A stretch of DNA of 64,000 nt from Candidatus Thermosaccharophagus tengchongensis (GTDB taxonomy: Bacteria > Armatimonadota > Fervidibacteria > Fervidibacterales > Thermosaccharophagaceae), in assembly GCA_032161105.1 (NCBI GenBank), contig JAVHTD010000001.1; one strand, 5' to 3'. The notes under the pieces were generated by a model. It searched no databases. It had not been told where the DNA came from and worked only from the letters and a program-made list of their open reading frames with translations. Below are positions 19,501 to 29,540 of this stretch, in pieces (the stretch's first letter is position 1; every line of letters starts with the position of its first letter). A program made the translations under genes and the position numbers.

Positions 19501-20582
19501 ACCGTCCCCACATCGGGTTCACTTTGAACCGAAATTTGTCCCGATCCCAACTTGACAGGCATTGACATCGGAATTCCCGCAGGTGAAACTAAACCGCCGC
19601 CTTCCGCCAAAAAGCGCTTAATGTTAGGTAGCGCATCAAGGGGGACAGTCGGACCATAGGAGAGAACGAGGGTGTTGATTCGCTTCGCATTAAGCTGCGT
19701 CGGCGATGCCAAATCGGATGCGGACAAGAAGGTCGCAGAGATGCCGTGCTTATGCAATGCCGATGCAATGAATTCTGGCGTCACATCATCGGGCAAGCCG
19801 ATGCGTGGGAAGTTGGGTTCACGGAAGATGCCAACAAGTTGAGTTTTCAAATCTTGTGCGTTCTCTGCGGGCTTGATTGGGAATTCAATGAGTCTGGTCA
19901 GTTGGATAATGGGCAACTGTTCCTCGCCCAGCAAAGCAATGTGAAGCGCTCTTGCCAGCGGTTTAGTTGAACCGATGAGCGCAGTTGCGGCGCCGACAAA
20001 AACGATTTGACCTTTGCCCAATTTCCACCTTGCGATGGCAGCGGGTTGCTTGCGAAAAATCTCCGTGGGCGGTTGGGCAAATGTTCGTTCGGGCGGGAAA
20101 GTCCACTTTGCAAGTGTGAAAGCCTCATCAACGAAAACTCCAGAACCCCAAGCGCCATATCGCCAAAGTTTTTGCCTTGCAGGGACATGGGCAAAAAGTG
20201 GGTCGTCAAGGTGAATTAGCTCAATGTCGGGCGTCCAACCTGAAACAAACTGGTGTGGCGATGGTGGTGCCAATTCGCCCGTTGGGAATGGGGTCAGTTC
20301 AAGGAGAAGTATTCCGCCTTTGTTGGCGAAATTTGCCAACATTTTCTGTGCGTGTTCTGGTATGGGGCGTTCCGTATGAGCGAGCAAGACCATTGCCGCT
20401 TTGTCAAGCCCAACACCTTCCGCAATTTGTTCCATTGTCACCCACTGAACCTTTGCCCCCAACTCTTCCAGCAAATTTGCATGTGGCTCGGCATACTTCC
20501 CAGAAACGAGCACCAAAGGCTGAGGAAAAGCCATTGTCATTGTGCTCAACAGAATCAACCAACCAAACCCGCACTTCATCAC
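16545..20582 (-). CDS. Large secreted clan GH-A glycoside hydrolase with class-I GATase-like (trimerisation-type) and Ig-like domains
   Basis: Signal peptide; GINLY, NAVRQH, WELINEP, CIIGEAG, EWGMMRHDG; FLAEGGGLV-type segments. Confidence 0.7.
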   Translation of the reverse strand: MMKCGFGWLILLSTMTMAFPQPLVLVSGKYAEPHANLLEELGAKVQWVTMEQIAEGVGLDKAAMVLLAHTERPIPEHAQKMLANFANKGGILLLELTPFPTGELAPPSPHQFVSGWTPDIELIHLDDPLFAHVPARQKLWRYGAWGSGVFVDEAFTLAKWTFPPERTFAQPPTEIFRKQPAAIARWKLGKGQIVFVGAATALIGSTKPLARALHIALLGEEQLPIIQLTRLIEFPIKPAENAQDLKTQLVGIFREPNFPRIGLPDDVTPEFIASALHKHGISATFLSASDLASPTQLNAKRINTLVLSYGPTVPLDALPNIKRFLAEGGGLVSPAGIPMSMPVKLGSGQISVQSEPDVGTVMTLFRNLLPFAKAYKARKLPRYCVVLRPDLLPNLPKLWHLSGGQWAIIPVVNGSQHLAEPIVASISDDGDVVALPLVFAYRFRQYPCARIIALGFYGESHPWSRKAWEFAEAAIADIVRLALRRDYIAIRDLMSDQPCYLPNETVTLTAELVCPIDISAHCRLLIRERDTGQVMHQAEQKVTLKGGEPQTLAFQWRIPSEPHWAYDAILTAETQGKLQFHERTMFLVRSDGTMAMVRRAKPYRREMPNVGWLSGINLYTNDPRGIGAYFDSEQRLGKHPLPDIWDREISLVRLYGGNAVRQHYYERILNEQVFANDSYNWAKRVLDANHILLALHDVAALTDPFTFSPEHYWRKRLGEGDPYVDKRWLQAEEAYLRGLASWLADFPNVAWELINEPEGYGREAKTFEERRFFAERVAEWCKRMSQAIFNGQGFESPIGIGLAWAPSSPIWSVRHFLNFMRWSHAHHYQPTLGEGVWTLPFALAYGRPCIIGEAGMPNAENSPHPFLREWGEVYEQMLHIVLGEQALGFTNFYLNNPLQHPEAPEWGMMRHDGTEREACRVWAKWNFVLRHLDRNAYLLPPVAILTDTESLMQSPAIIREMRDLHMQLLESGVPSTIVSEHDLQSWLHLIGDKPERWRKEFGVVCLVVPKGAEPSDKTWDLVRKLKDIAARAGTDFKVAALCEPRPEWALATLPEYKTLLPTGFSVSPHLTRLVYPLRKRDGGLTVVLVDGRGVEGEIVLPFASSAFKLRVRLTVPRGRCSVIDVDQHGDLRLISAYGSVALRIGLREEETLVQAPKDVAWVIAGKITFAGSVGRDYLDLWCDNQRSLEIHVPAKGDLKWWAKKGWLKQVTIYASPQFADVAQIVAQSLREIGASVKLVKRAKPPFDGNAVVIDDATQNHELAKLVADMFGIHFVGHEGWSFWRKGKMRIWQPWSGLILSKWDERDKRWLIVITGHTEASVRVASLKFRTLHSLGNYCAAPFCSL

Positions 20583-20738
20583 TTTTCACCCCTTAAAACG
20601 CGCACCTACTCATGTGCTGCATGTCCATTTCCAATTTCACCGCCAATTTTGGCTCAATGGAAATTTCATCGTAAGATGAACTTTGGCTTTTGGGTGTGCC
20701 GTTTGACATGCCACAACTTCCATCACATCAATTGCTCA

Positions 20739-22823
20739 CTACTTACCCACCAACTCCGAATAAACTCGCCCGTTAACCTCTCTTGCTGCATTAACCAATT
20801 CCCAATGTGGGTAGTCAACGACGGAGACAAACCCAATGTTGTAGTTTTCGCCATCAAAGCGACCTGTGAGGGGTTGGTCAACATATTGAAACCAATGGCA
20901 GCCGACGAACGCAGGCAACTTCCAGACGCTTCGGACATACGCTTGGTAGGCTTTGCCTCTTTCCTCCTGACTTTCAACGGCGACCAAACCCGTGTGGAAC
21001 ATACCTCTGTCAAGGGCACCGAAATGGAATTCGCCGATGATGCAAGGTTTGCCAAGTGTGTTGGTAAATGACCACCCTTGTTCGTCAACCGTTCGGGCGT
21101 AAATGTTGAAACTGACCACATCGCAAAATTCAGCGGCGACCTTGACAACCTCCATAGGTCTGGGCGCGAAGCGGCAACCAAGGTAAAGTTGATTTGGTGC
21201 GTGCTTTTTGAGGGTGTTGCGGACAACGGAGAAATAGCGACGGGCAAAGTGTGTCAAGAATTCGCTCAAATCGGCAATGCACTCATCGGTCATTTGAGGC
21301 GGCAATTCAAGTGGTCTTGACAATAAGTCCTCCCACGACGAAACTTGAACCCTCCACGCCTCCCTCACCTTCCCGATTTCGCCATACTTTGCCCGCAACA
21401 ACTTCACGAACTCTCGCTTTGAAGGCAAATTGCCATCGCTTGCCATAACTCGCCTTGGCAGGTCGTAACGGCTCACAGGGTCGTTACCCCAGCCGCCCCA
21501 CGAAAGTTCGTTGTCAACGAAATAGCCAATGCACCAAGGGTCATCTTTCCACTCACGAACAGCGTTTGCGATTGCTCGTTCCACTGCTTCGGGATATCGT
21601 TCATCAAAGACATCGGGCATTTGTTGCCACGCCGTTTGAAAATAAGTCGGAGCGCCATAGTGAATTGGCACGACATAGGGTATTTTTCGGGCGCGAAAGA
21701 CCTCCGCCGATGACCAATTGCCAATAGTGTTAAAACCCCAAGAGAGCAACCTCCTCACCGTCACATCAAGCCATTTCTGCTGCCAATTATCACCATACTT
21801 TCGGAACAAGTTCATGGCGTAAAAGTTGACCCAGCGGGTGTAACCGCGAGAGCGCCAGTGGGAAATGAATTGAGCGAATGGGCTGTTTGGTTCGGGCAGC
21901 CACGAGAACAAATACTCACGGTTGTCAAGTGGCGAACTTTCGTCATGTCGGACGCAATCAATCCCGAGGGAGAAAAATAGCCGTCCAGTCGGAGTCACAA
22001 GCCACCATCGTCCCTTGCCTTGTTGCAAATTTGCGTGTGGTTCGGTCTCATTGCCGTTAACGACATAGGCGGTTCGGAAGAAGCCAGTTGCCTTAAGTTG
22101 CGGACCTTTCACCCAGCCACCAAACTCATCGCGGTCGGGAAATGGCGGATTAGCCTTTAGCCATGTTTCCTCCTCTTCCCATTGCCGTTTTAAATCTTTA
22201 TCGCTCTTGACCTTACCCTTCCAATCGTCACGGGTGTATTGCCCATATTTGTCAACGATGCCGCGAAAATCTGGCTTTGGAACCAAGCAGATGTTGTCAA
22301 CGATGACGGTGATTGGCTTTTTCGGGTTGACCAAGAAAAGTCGGAAGGCAACGATGTGGGATAAATCCAACTCAGAGCCATAGGTTCCCATAGTCAGAGC
22401 ATTCGGCACTAAAGGTGGACCGCCGCGCATCCCCGATGGGATGGCAACTTGAAATGGCATGACGACGGTGACGGTTCGTTTTGGTGGCAAAGTTGTTCGC
22501 CCAGTTCGGCAGTGGACTCGTCCATCGGCGGAAAAATCGTCATCAACACGGATGAAAAACGCAACGGGTTCGGACGCAAGGTTCGTGGCATCAACAGCCA
22601 ACCCGCCAAACTCGCGCCAATCTCCGTCGTCAAACGCTTGACCGATGCGAAAATAGATGTTGGGGTATTGAGCAGTCTGAAACTCAACTTGCAAGGCGAA
22701 GCGACCGTGAGTTGCGTGGGACGAAACTTGAGCGATGTTCGCGTTGTAAGGCTGAACCTTTGCGATATCGGCTTGTGACTCAAAGGAGTTGAGCAACAAA
22801 ATTGCATTGATGACCCAAAACAT
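20739..22823 (-). CDS. GH50 (beta-agarase-like) glycoside hydrolase
   Basis: VDKYGQY, ATGFFR, WWLVTPTG, SWGFNTIGNWS, GYFVDNELSW, IGEFHFG, GCHWFQY, DGENYNIG. Confidence 0.9.
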   Translation of the reverse strand: MFWVINAILLLNSFESQADIAKVQPYNANIAQVSSHATHGRFALQVEFQTAQYPNIYFRIGQAFDDGDWREFGGLAVDATNLASEPVAFFIRVDDDFSADGRVHCRTGRTTLPPKRTVTVVMPFQVAIPSGMRGGPPLVPNALTMGTYGSELDLSHIVAFRLFLVNPKKPITVIVDNICLVPKPDFRGIVDKYGQYTRDDWKGKVKSDKDLKRQWEEEETWLKANPPFPDRDEFGGWVKGPQLKATGFFRTAYVVNGNETEPHANLQQGKGRWWLVTPTGRLFFSLGIDCVRHDESSPLDNREYLFSWLPEPNSPFAQFISHWRSRGYTRWVNFYAMNLFRKYGDNWQQKWLDVTVRRLLSWGFNTIGNWSSAEVFRARKIPYVVPIHYGAPTYFQTAWQQMPDVFDERYPEAVERAIANAVREWKDDPWCIGYFVDNELSWGGWGNDPVSRYDLPRRVMASDGNLPSKREFVKLLRAKYGEIGKVREAWRVQVSSWEDLLSRPLELPPQMTDECIADLSEFLTHFARRYFSVVRNTLKKHAPNQLYLGCRFAPRPMEVVKVAAEFCDVVSFNIYARTVDEQGWSFTNTLGKPCIIGEFHFGALDRGMFHTGLVAVESQEERGKAYQAYVRSVWKLPAFVGCHWFQYVDQPLTGRFDGENYNIGFVSVVDYPHWELVNAAREVNGRVYSELVGK

Positions 22824-22926
22824 ATGCACCACTCCCTTGTGATTTTTCACCATTCCCCTACCTTGCGATGCGCTTTTCTGGCTGGAATATGGTCTGCTTT
22901 TTGCGCCGACTCTATTTCAAATCACT

Positions 22927-24987
22927 TCACTTTTTCAAGCCAATCCGCTCAATCGGTATCGGCTTAAATCCGAGCTTAAATGCCGGTGATTCTGGCAAGA
23001 GCCTGAAGTCGTGCTTTGAAGGGTTGACAAAAAGCGGGTCAATTCCGATAAGATTGTCCCCAATAACCACATATAGCTGCGCTCGCTTTTCAATATCAAG
23101 CCATCTCCCGCCTACGCACACATTTCGCCTGATTATGTTGCCTTTTGGTGCTGCTGGTTCATCCTCAAGTATGTTAACGAGGGTTGGATAGCGTTCCCTC
23201 CATGGCGACTCTCTGTATGGCATTGCAAACAACCCATTTTTCATCGTCGTTTCAACATGATAACTTGCCCAACCAAGAGCTCGCGCATCTACATGGATCG
23301 CCGGACTGCAATCAACGAAAATGTTGTTTTCAACGATGTTATCTCGCCCACCGCCAATGAGCACGGCCCTTGTGACTTTGTAAAAGATGTTGCCATAAAC
23401 GGTCGTTCCACAGAGCATGTCATCAAGGTAGACCCCTACACAGCCTCGCCCTTTAAAGCCAGAAATGTCGTGGAAAAAGTTATACCGTATGATTGTGCCA
23501 CGCCAAGTCCAATCTCGCCCACTATAAATTGCGCCAGCGTCGTTCGCCTCAAGGCACACATTGTGTATCTCGTTGAACTCAATAATGTGGTCATTTCCGG
23601 AGAACGCAATCGCCTGATGTGGCGCATCATGAATTAGGTTATTACGGGCTATATTGCCGACACCGTTTAGCGCAATTGCTGGTTGATACATCCTCCGCCA
23701 ACGAGCATAATGGTGGATGTGGTTTCTCTCGGCGACATGCTGTGCTGGCGTTAATGTTTTCCTATCACCGCCATTCAAGGCGATTCCGCCACCACCAGTT
23801 GCATATATTTCGCAATCCCTTACGGAGTGCCTTTTTCCGCCGTTAATTTGCACTGCCCAACCAAGCGTATTTCGTATGACACAATTTTGCACAACGCACG
23901 CTTCGCCATCAGTAATTGTGACAGCCGTTCCCCTCGCAACTTCAAAAATGAATCCGTTGAATGTCACATATGAGACATTGCTGAACTTTAACAGGGCATT
24001 TGCAATTGAGACCGTCGGATTGCCCCTTTCCACTGGCGTTAAAGGCGGATAGAAGTAAAGCAGACCAGTTTCCCTGTCCAGATACCATTCCCCCGGTTCA
24101 TCAATCTCTGCCAGTATGTTGAAAGCGTAAAACCACTGTCCTTTTCGGTAGCCGTAGCCATGATATGGTGGTGCAACCTCTATAATGCGGTTTTGTGGGT
24201 CAATTCTGGCGATGCGATGGCGCTGGTCTGACCAGTCCCAAAACCAATAGCCGTGCACCCATGGTTCTTTCTCGTCAAGCCATCTCTTAGGCCTGTCGCC
24301 ATCGTAGAAGAATTTGCCAATTTTTCCCCCTTTTATCCCATGTATCTGATGCCCATCATATTCAACGATATCCGCAATTTGCATGAAGCCCTCATTTGGA
24401 TAGCGTGCCAAAGTCATCGGCATGTCGTTGAAGAAAAGCTCAATCCCGCCGTCAGGAGTGCCGTAATCCGATATCCCGAGCGATTTCAGGTCTGATTGCC
24501 AAATTTTTCCCCTGACAGACTCGTCAAGCCGCGAGAGAACCCTCTCATCTTCAACCCGCTTCCAATCCTTCAAGAGTGCACCGCCAACTATGCGCACTTG
24601 CTCGCCGTCTTGAGCTGTAAACACAATTGGTGACCTTTCAGTCCCCGAATCCTCAGCGCCAAGTTCAAATGGCATTTGCCGGTAGTAAGTTCCACCTCTC
24701 ACAATTATGGCTATAACTCCTTCTGGCAACTTGCCATATTTGCGCAACATTCGTATCTCATCACGGGCACGCTCAAGTGTGGCAAATGGACCGTCGGTCT
24801 TGGTTTTGTTTGGCGATGGCAACCTGCCGGACCATCTGTCATCGCCATCTTTTGACACATAAATTGCAAAGGATATGCCTGTAATTCTTTGAGCGGATGT
24901 GAGTTGACTTTGCCAGACAAGCAGCGTAATCAGCAAAAGTGGGAAGATAGCCGTGCAAATTCTCCAATGATACATCACTCTCACCAA
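22927..24987 (-). CDS. Secreted right-handed parallel beta-helix protein (GH141/pectin-lyase-like fold)
   Basis: YVSKDGDD..GPFATLERARD, ARYPN, DEPGEWY, DAGAIY, GVYLDD, and PbH1-type repeats. Confidence 0.85.
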   Translation of the reverse strand: MVRVMYHWRICTAIFPLLLITLLVWQSQLTSAQRITGISFAIYVSKDGDDRWSGRLPSPNKTKTDGPFATLERARDEIRMLRKYGKLPEGVIAIIVRGGTYYRQMPFELGAEDSGTERSPIVFTAQDGEQVRIVGGALLKDWKRVEDERVLSRLDESVRGKIWQSDLKSLGISDYGTPDGGIELFFNDMPMTLARYPNEGFMQIADIVEYDGHQIHGIKGGKIGKFFYDGDRPKRWLDEKEPWVHGYWFWDWSDQRHRIARIDPQNRIIEVAPPYHGYGYRKGQWFYAFNILAEIDEPGEWYLDRETGLLYFYPPLTPVERGNPTVSIANALLKFSNVSYVTFNGFIFEVARGTAVTITDGEACVVQNCVIRNTLGWAVQINGGKRHSVRDCEIYATGGGGIALNGGDRKTLTPAQHVAERNHIHHYARWRRMYQPAIALNGVGNIARNNLIHDAPHQAIAFSGNDHIIEFNEIHNVCLEANDAGAIYSGRDWTWRGTIIRYNFFHDISGFKGRGCVGVYLDDMLCGTTVYGNIFYKVTRAVLIGGGRDNIVENNIFVDCSPAIHVDARALGWASYHVETTMKNGLFAMPYRESPWRERYPTLVNILEDEPAAPKGNIIRRNVCVGGRWLDIEKRAQLYVVIGDNLIGIDPLFVNPSKHDFRLLPESPAFKLGFKPIPIERIGLKK

Positions 24988-25046
24988 CCACTCCCGCGCA
25001 ATTCATGGAACGATTCAGCCAAAAATACAAACCTTTCCCATTGCCA

Positions 25047-25808
25047 TTACAGGCTTATGAAAGGTGGTTCGCCTTGCACAGATTCAATCAATCGCAGTGC
25101 TGCTTCAACATCCTCTTTTCGCCCATCAATGAGCAACCTGACTGAGCCCTCAGCACCGCCAACACCGCCTGCTGCTATAAGTGTCGCATCAACATCGCAA
25201 AGCAGTTTTAATGCCTCTATTTCGGTGACTATTGTCCCAGTGACTGGCATCATCGTTGGCATTTCTGTGAGCAGTTCATCATTGTGTGCCCTCGTTTTCA
25301 AGCTCAGCGCTTCAATGTCCTCATAGACAAGCTTCTCCAAACCGACCGGTATGACAAGCTCAATTCTCCTTGCGACTACAGTGCCTATGGTTGCCCCTAT
25401 TGTCCCACCCTCAGGATGACCAATCAGTATGCCAGCCACTTTGCGCCTGTAGTCAAGTGCGTTTGCGCCTTTAATGAACACATCCCCAGCTTTCATCTGT
25501 TTGACTGCCTCAATTACTGTCATGCCCTCAATCTGGACGCCACATTTTAGGACTATATCTGGCAACTTTTGCCCTCTAAGCCCGGATGTGTGCATTGCCT
25601 TTTGTGGGAGTGTCACCCCGATAGTGTATGCTGGTTTGTCAATTGGCTTTCCGAGCAATTCTTCAACGACATAGGCATTTGTTGTCCCTTTGGCAATGGC
25701 AATCATCCCGCTTTGCATTGCCCTCTTTACCGATGGCAGTGCTGCAACTCCCTTTGCAATGAGGCGTTTTGATTCTGAGGCAGTCAAGACCACGCACGCC
25801 CTCGCCAT
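25047..25808 (-). CDS. Conserved hypothetical protein (possible NagB/RpiA/CoA-transferase-like fold)
   Basis: Well-formed ORF with motifs ESKRLIA, GTTNAY, GDVFIKGANA, GGTIG and PVGLEK; directly downstream of purA. Confidence 0.7.
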   Translation of the reverse strand: MARACVVLTASESKRLIAKGVAALPSVKRAMQSGMIAIAKGTTNAYVVEELLGKPIDKPAYTIGVTLPQKAMHTSGLRGQKLPDIVLKCGVQIEGMTVIEAVKQMKAGDVFIKGANALDYRRKVAGILIGHPEGGTIGATIGTVVARRIELVIPVGLEKLVYEDIEALSLKTRAHNDELLTEMPTMMPVTGTIVTEIEALKLLCDVDATLIAAGGVGGAEGSVRLLIDGRKEDVEAALRLIESVQGEPPFISL

Positions 25809-25829
25809 CTCTTTCACCCCCTCACCCAT

Positions 25830-27134
25830 TCAGAACCTGTAGTTGACCCACCTCTCATCAAGCACGATAACATCATCGCACTTTGGTCCGACTGATATTA
25901 ACCCAATCGGTATGCCGAGCTCTTGTGAGATGAATTCGGCGAAGCGTTGAGCATTCTTTGGCAGGTCACGATAGTTTCGTATATGCCTCGTTGGCTGCAT
26001 CCATCCCTTGAGCGTCTCATACACTGGTCGGCATTCGCTGAGCACCTCGCTGCATGCCGGAAACTCCGAAATTTTCTGCCCATTATACTCGTATGCGATG
26101 CAGACTTTGACCTCCTCAAATTGGTCAAGCACATCAAGCTTCGTTAGCACGAGAGCATCAAATCCATTTATCCGTGCGGCGAAGCGCAATTGCACGAGGT
26201 CAAGCCATCCACATCTCCTCGGGCGCCCAGTAGTTGCGCCATATTCCATGCCAATTTCCCTCAGCTTTTCCCCCGTTTCGTCATTCAGCTCCGTCGGGAA
26301 CGGTCCAGAACCAACCCTTGTTGTGTATGCCTTCGTCACACCGATGACTGCATTGATGAATTTTGGCGGGACACCGGCGCCAATACACACAGCGCCTGCG
26401 ATCGTGTTTGACGATGTGACGAATGGGAATGTCCCAAAGTCAACATCAAGTCCAGCGCCTTGAGCGCCCTCAAAGAGGACATTTTTGCCGCTGCGCAATG
26501 CCTCGTTCAAAATCAGCGTTGTATCGCATATGAACGGCGCAAGCATTTTCCCATACTCCAAGTAGCGCTCACACAGTTCGTCAATGTTTGGGCGCTCATC
26601 TTTTGGCAGGCGTGAGAGCAAGTGCGCCTTCTGTTCAAAGTTGAGTTCAAGCTTTTTGCGGAGCCTCTCGCCATCAAGGAGGTCTGTCATCCTGATGCCG
26701 ACCCTTTCAACCTTGTCAACATATGTTGGACCAATGCCCCTTTGAGTTGTGCCAAGCCTCAGCTTTGAGCCAGTTGCCTCCCTTGCGGCATCAAGCAATC
26801 GGTGATATGTGAAAGTGACATGCGCCCTATCGCTTATGAGCAACCTCTTTGGCGAGATATCAATTTGCAACCCCCTCAACCTCTCCATCTCTTCAAGCAG
26901 CGCCTGCGGGTCAACGACAACACCGTTGCCTATGATGCAAAGCGTATGCGTGTGGACTATCCCGGCGGGTATAAGGTGCAGGGCGAGCCTGTGGTCATCA
27001 ACAATGAGTGTGTGTCCGGCATTGCACCCGCCTTGGAAGCGCACAACTATATCGGCACGCTTGCTCAGAAGGTCAATTATGCGCCCCTTACCTTCATCGC
27101 CCCATTGTGCTCCGACTACAACCAAGCTCGGCAC
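25830..27134 (-). CDS. purA: Adenylosuccinate synthetase
   Basis: GAQWGDEGKG, GGCNAGHT, GIGPTY, FEGAQG, GATTGRPRRCGW. Start placed at GTG 27134. Confidence 0.98.
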   Translation of the reverse strand: MPSLVVVGAQWGDEGKGRIIDLLSKRADIVVRFQGGCNAGHTLIVDDHRLALHLIPAGIVHTHTLCIIGNGVVVDPQALLEEMERLRGLQIDISPKRLLISDRAHVTFTYHRLLDAAREATGSKLRLGTTQRGIGPTYVDKVERVGIRMTDLLDGERLRKKLELNFEQKAHLLSRLPKDERPNIDELCERYLEYGKMLAPFICDTTLILNEALRSGKNVLFEGAQGAGLDVDFGTFPFVTSSNTIAGAVCIGAGVPPKFINAVIGVTKAYTTRVGSGPFPTELNDETGEKLREIGMEYGATTGRPRRCGWLDLVQLRFAARINGFDALVLTKLDVLDQFEEVKVCIAYEYNGQKISEFPACSEVLSECRPVYETLKGWMQPTRHIRNYRDLPKNAQRFAEFISQELGIPIGLISVGPKCDDVIVLDERWVNYRF

Positions 27135-27263
27135 GCGATTCACCCCTCTTTGCTTTGAACATGCTTGTTGCTTGCTTTTGCGCAACTGCGTCCCCAAACA
27201 AATGCTGTAACAGCTTTGATGAGCATTGCTCTTGAGCAATGTCGGGCAATTTAAAGAACGCCA

Positions 27264-28613
27264 TCATATGGTGTGCTTTGGAACGCCACGCATCAACTTG
27301 TGTTCGTCAATAAACCTCTCAAGCGTCAGCAATGCACGCCTTACAAGCTCAAGTTGTCTTTCCGCCCTGCGCTTTATGCGCACATTGAGATGCGGCAGCA
27401 GACCAAAGTTTATGTTCATCGGTTGGAAGTGGCGTTGGTCTGCCGTTGTGATGTAGTGTGCAAGGGCGCCTATTGCCGTCTCAGGCGGGAAGACAATTGG
27501 CTTCATGCCGAGTGCCAACCTCGCTGCGTTTATTCCGGCGACCAATCCGGATGCCGTTGACTCAATGTATCCCTCAACGCCCGAGAACTGCCCGGCAATG
27601 AAAATGCGCTCATCAAGCTTGAGTTGGTATGTCGGCAAAAGCAGCTTTGGTGCGTTGATGAACGAGTTCCTGTGAACCATCCCATAGCGCACGAATTCGG
27701 CATTTTCAAGCCCGGGTATCATGCGGAAGACTCTCCTTTGCTCCGACCACTTGAGTTGCGTTTGGAAGCCGACCATGTTGTATAGCGTGCGCTCCTCGTT
27801 TTCGGGGCGAAGTTGGACGACTGCAAACGGCTGTTTTCCAGTCCTTGGGTCTATTAGCCCAGTCGGGCGCAGCGGTCCATAGACGAGCGTCAGGCGCCCC
27901 CTCTCTGCCATCACTTCAATTGGCAGGCAACCCTCAAAGAACTTTGCCGCCTCATCAAACTCGTGCGGCTTTACCCTTTCGGCTGTGACAAGCGCCTCCC
28001 AGAAGGCGTTGTATTCCTCTTCCGTCATCGGGCAGTTGATGTATGCTGGCTCACCTTCGCCATATCGTGAGGCTGTGAATGTCTTGGTGTAATCAATCGT
28101 CTCGGCATCAACTATCGGGGCAACCGCATCGTAAAAGTGGAGGAACTCCTCACCGACGAGATTTCGTATCTCTTCGGCTAACGCATCATGTGTCAATGGA
28201 CCTGTTGCGATAATGACTATACCGTCACTCGGTATGCCCGTGATAAGCTGGCGCACAACTGTTATTCTGGGATGGTTCTCTATTGCCCTCGTCACCGCTT
28301 GCGCGAATTTCTCACGGTCAACTGTGAGTGCGCCCCCGCCCGGTATCGCAGTCTCATCGGCGCATTTGATGATGATTGAATTCAACCTGCGCATCTCTTC
28401 TTTGAGCAAGCCCGCCGGCTTGGTGAGCATGTCACTGCGAAGCGAATTGCTGCAAACGAGCTCAGCAAGCATGCCAGTCTTATGCGCCGGCGTCATGACA
28501 TTTGGGCGCATCTCATAGAGCACAACTTCAACTCCCATATTTGCAGCCTGCCATGCAGCCTCACATCCGGCGAGACCACCACCTATGATGGTGATTCGCC
28601 CGCCAACTTGCAT
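27264..28613 (-). CDS. trmFO: Methylenetetrahydrofolate--tRNA-(uracil-54) methyltransferase
   Basis: [43 protein letters not shown]. Confidence 0.97.
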   Translation of the reverse strand: MQVGGRITIIGGGLAGCEAAWQAANMGVEVVLYEMRPNVMTPAHKTGMLAELVCSNSLRSDMLTKPAGLLKEEMRRLNSIIIKCADETAIPGGGALTVDREKFAQAVTRAIENHPRITVVRQLITGIPSDGIVIIATGPLTHDALAEEIRNLVGEEFLHFYDAVAPIVDAETIDYTKTFTASRYGEGEPAYINCPMTEEEYNAFWEALVTAERVKPHEFDEAAKFFEGCLPIEVMAERGRLTLVYGPLRPTGLIDPRTGKQPFAVVQLRPENEERTLYNMVGFQTQLKWSEQRRVFRMIPGLENAEFVRYGMVHRNSFINAPKLLLPTYQLKLDERIFIAGQFSGVEGYIESTASGLVAGINAARLALGMKPIVFPPETAIGALAHYITTADQRHFQPMNINFGLLPHLNVRIKRRAERQLELVRRALLTLERFIDEHKLMRGVPKHTI

Positions 28614-28658
28614 CCGTTCATCCCCTCGCTAAACGCACGGCGTGCTTCTTCGGATTGG

Positions 28659-29441
28659 CTAACAAACTCGCTCAAGCAACATCAGTGTGCCATCCATTAC
28701 CTTCACGGCATTGCCATCTCTGAGGCGCAATATTAGCCCGCCACTTTCATCCACGCCTTCAACATGCCCCGTAATAGTATGTGAACCCATTCTCACCTCA
28801 ACCAACTTCTCGTGAGCGATATGCAGCCTGTTGAAGCTCTGGCGCGCATCTTCAAATTCCCCGCACAGCAATTGCTCGTATCGGCACTCAAGCTTTGCAA
28901 GCATTGATGCCAATATGTTCTCCCTCGGAAGCTCACTTCCGACAAACTCGCAGAGGCTGGTTGCATTGCCCTTAAGCTCGTCGGGGAATGAACTCACATC
29001 GGTGTTTACATTCACGCCAATGCCGACGATTGCATACGCAACTGCACTCAATGATGATTTGGCTTCAACGAGTATGCCTCCAACCTTTTTACCGCACAGC
29101 ATCAAGTCGTTGATCCATTTCACCATAACTGGCAGTGATGTTGCCTCACGCAAGCCCTCGCAAACTCCGACAGCGCTCAAGATGGTCAGCTTGAACAAAT
29201 CCTCTGGACGCATCGGTGTGCGAAGAATGAGCGATATGTAAATTCCGCCCTCGGGCGAAACCCACCTTCTTCCAAAGCGTCCCCTGCCAGATGTCTGCCT
29301 CTCAGCTATGACCAGCATGCCATTTGGCGCACCATGTTCGGCGAGCTCCTTTGCGATGTCCATCGTTGAACCAGTGCTCTGGATGTATACCACCGACTTA
29401 CCGAGCCACTTCGTTTTAAGCAACTCTTGAAGCAGCTTCAC
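28659..29441 (-). CDS. birA: Biotin--[acetyl-CoA-carboxylase] ligase (no N-terminal HTH)
   Basis: STMD, QTSGRGRFGRRW, KWIND, KKVGGILVE, GIGVN. Confidence 0.95.
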   Translation of the reverse strand: MKLLQELLKTKWLGKSVVYIQSTGSTMDIAKELAEHGAPNGMLVIAERQTSGRGRFGRRWVSPEGGIYISLILRTPMRPEDLFKLTILSAVGVCEGLREATSLPVMVKWINDLMLCGKKVGGILVEAKSSLSAVAYAIVGIGVNVNTDVSSFPDELKGNATSLCEFVGSELPRENILASMLAKLECRYEQLLCGEFEDARQSFNRLHIAHEKLVEVRMGSHTITGHVEGVDESGGLILRLRDGNAVKVMDGTLMLLERVC

Positions 29442-29540
29442 ATCAAACAGCGCATGCGCTATTTCCCATCACCCCTTAAGTTGGATTCCCAATTGCGTCC
29501 ATGCGCATTGGAACGATTGCGGATGTGAAGGGCATGCCAA

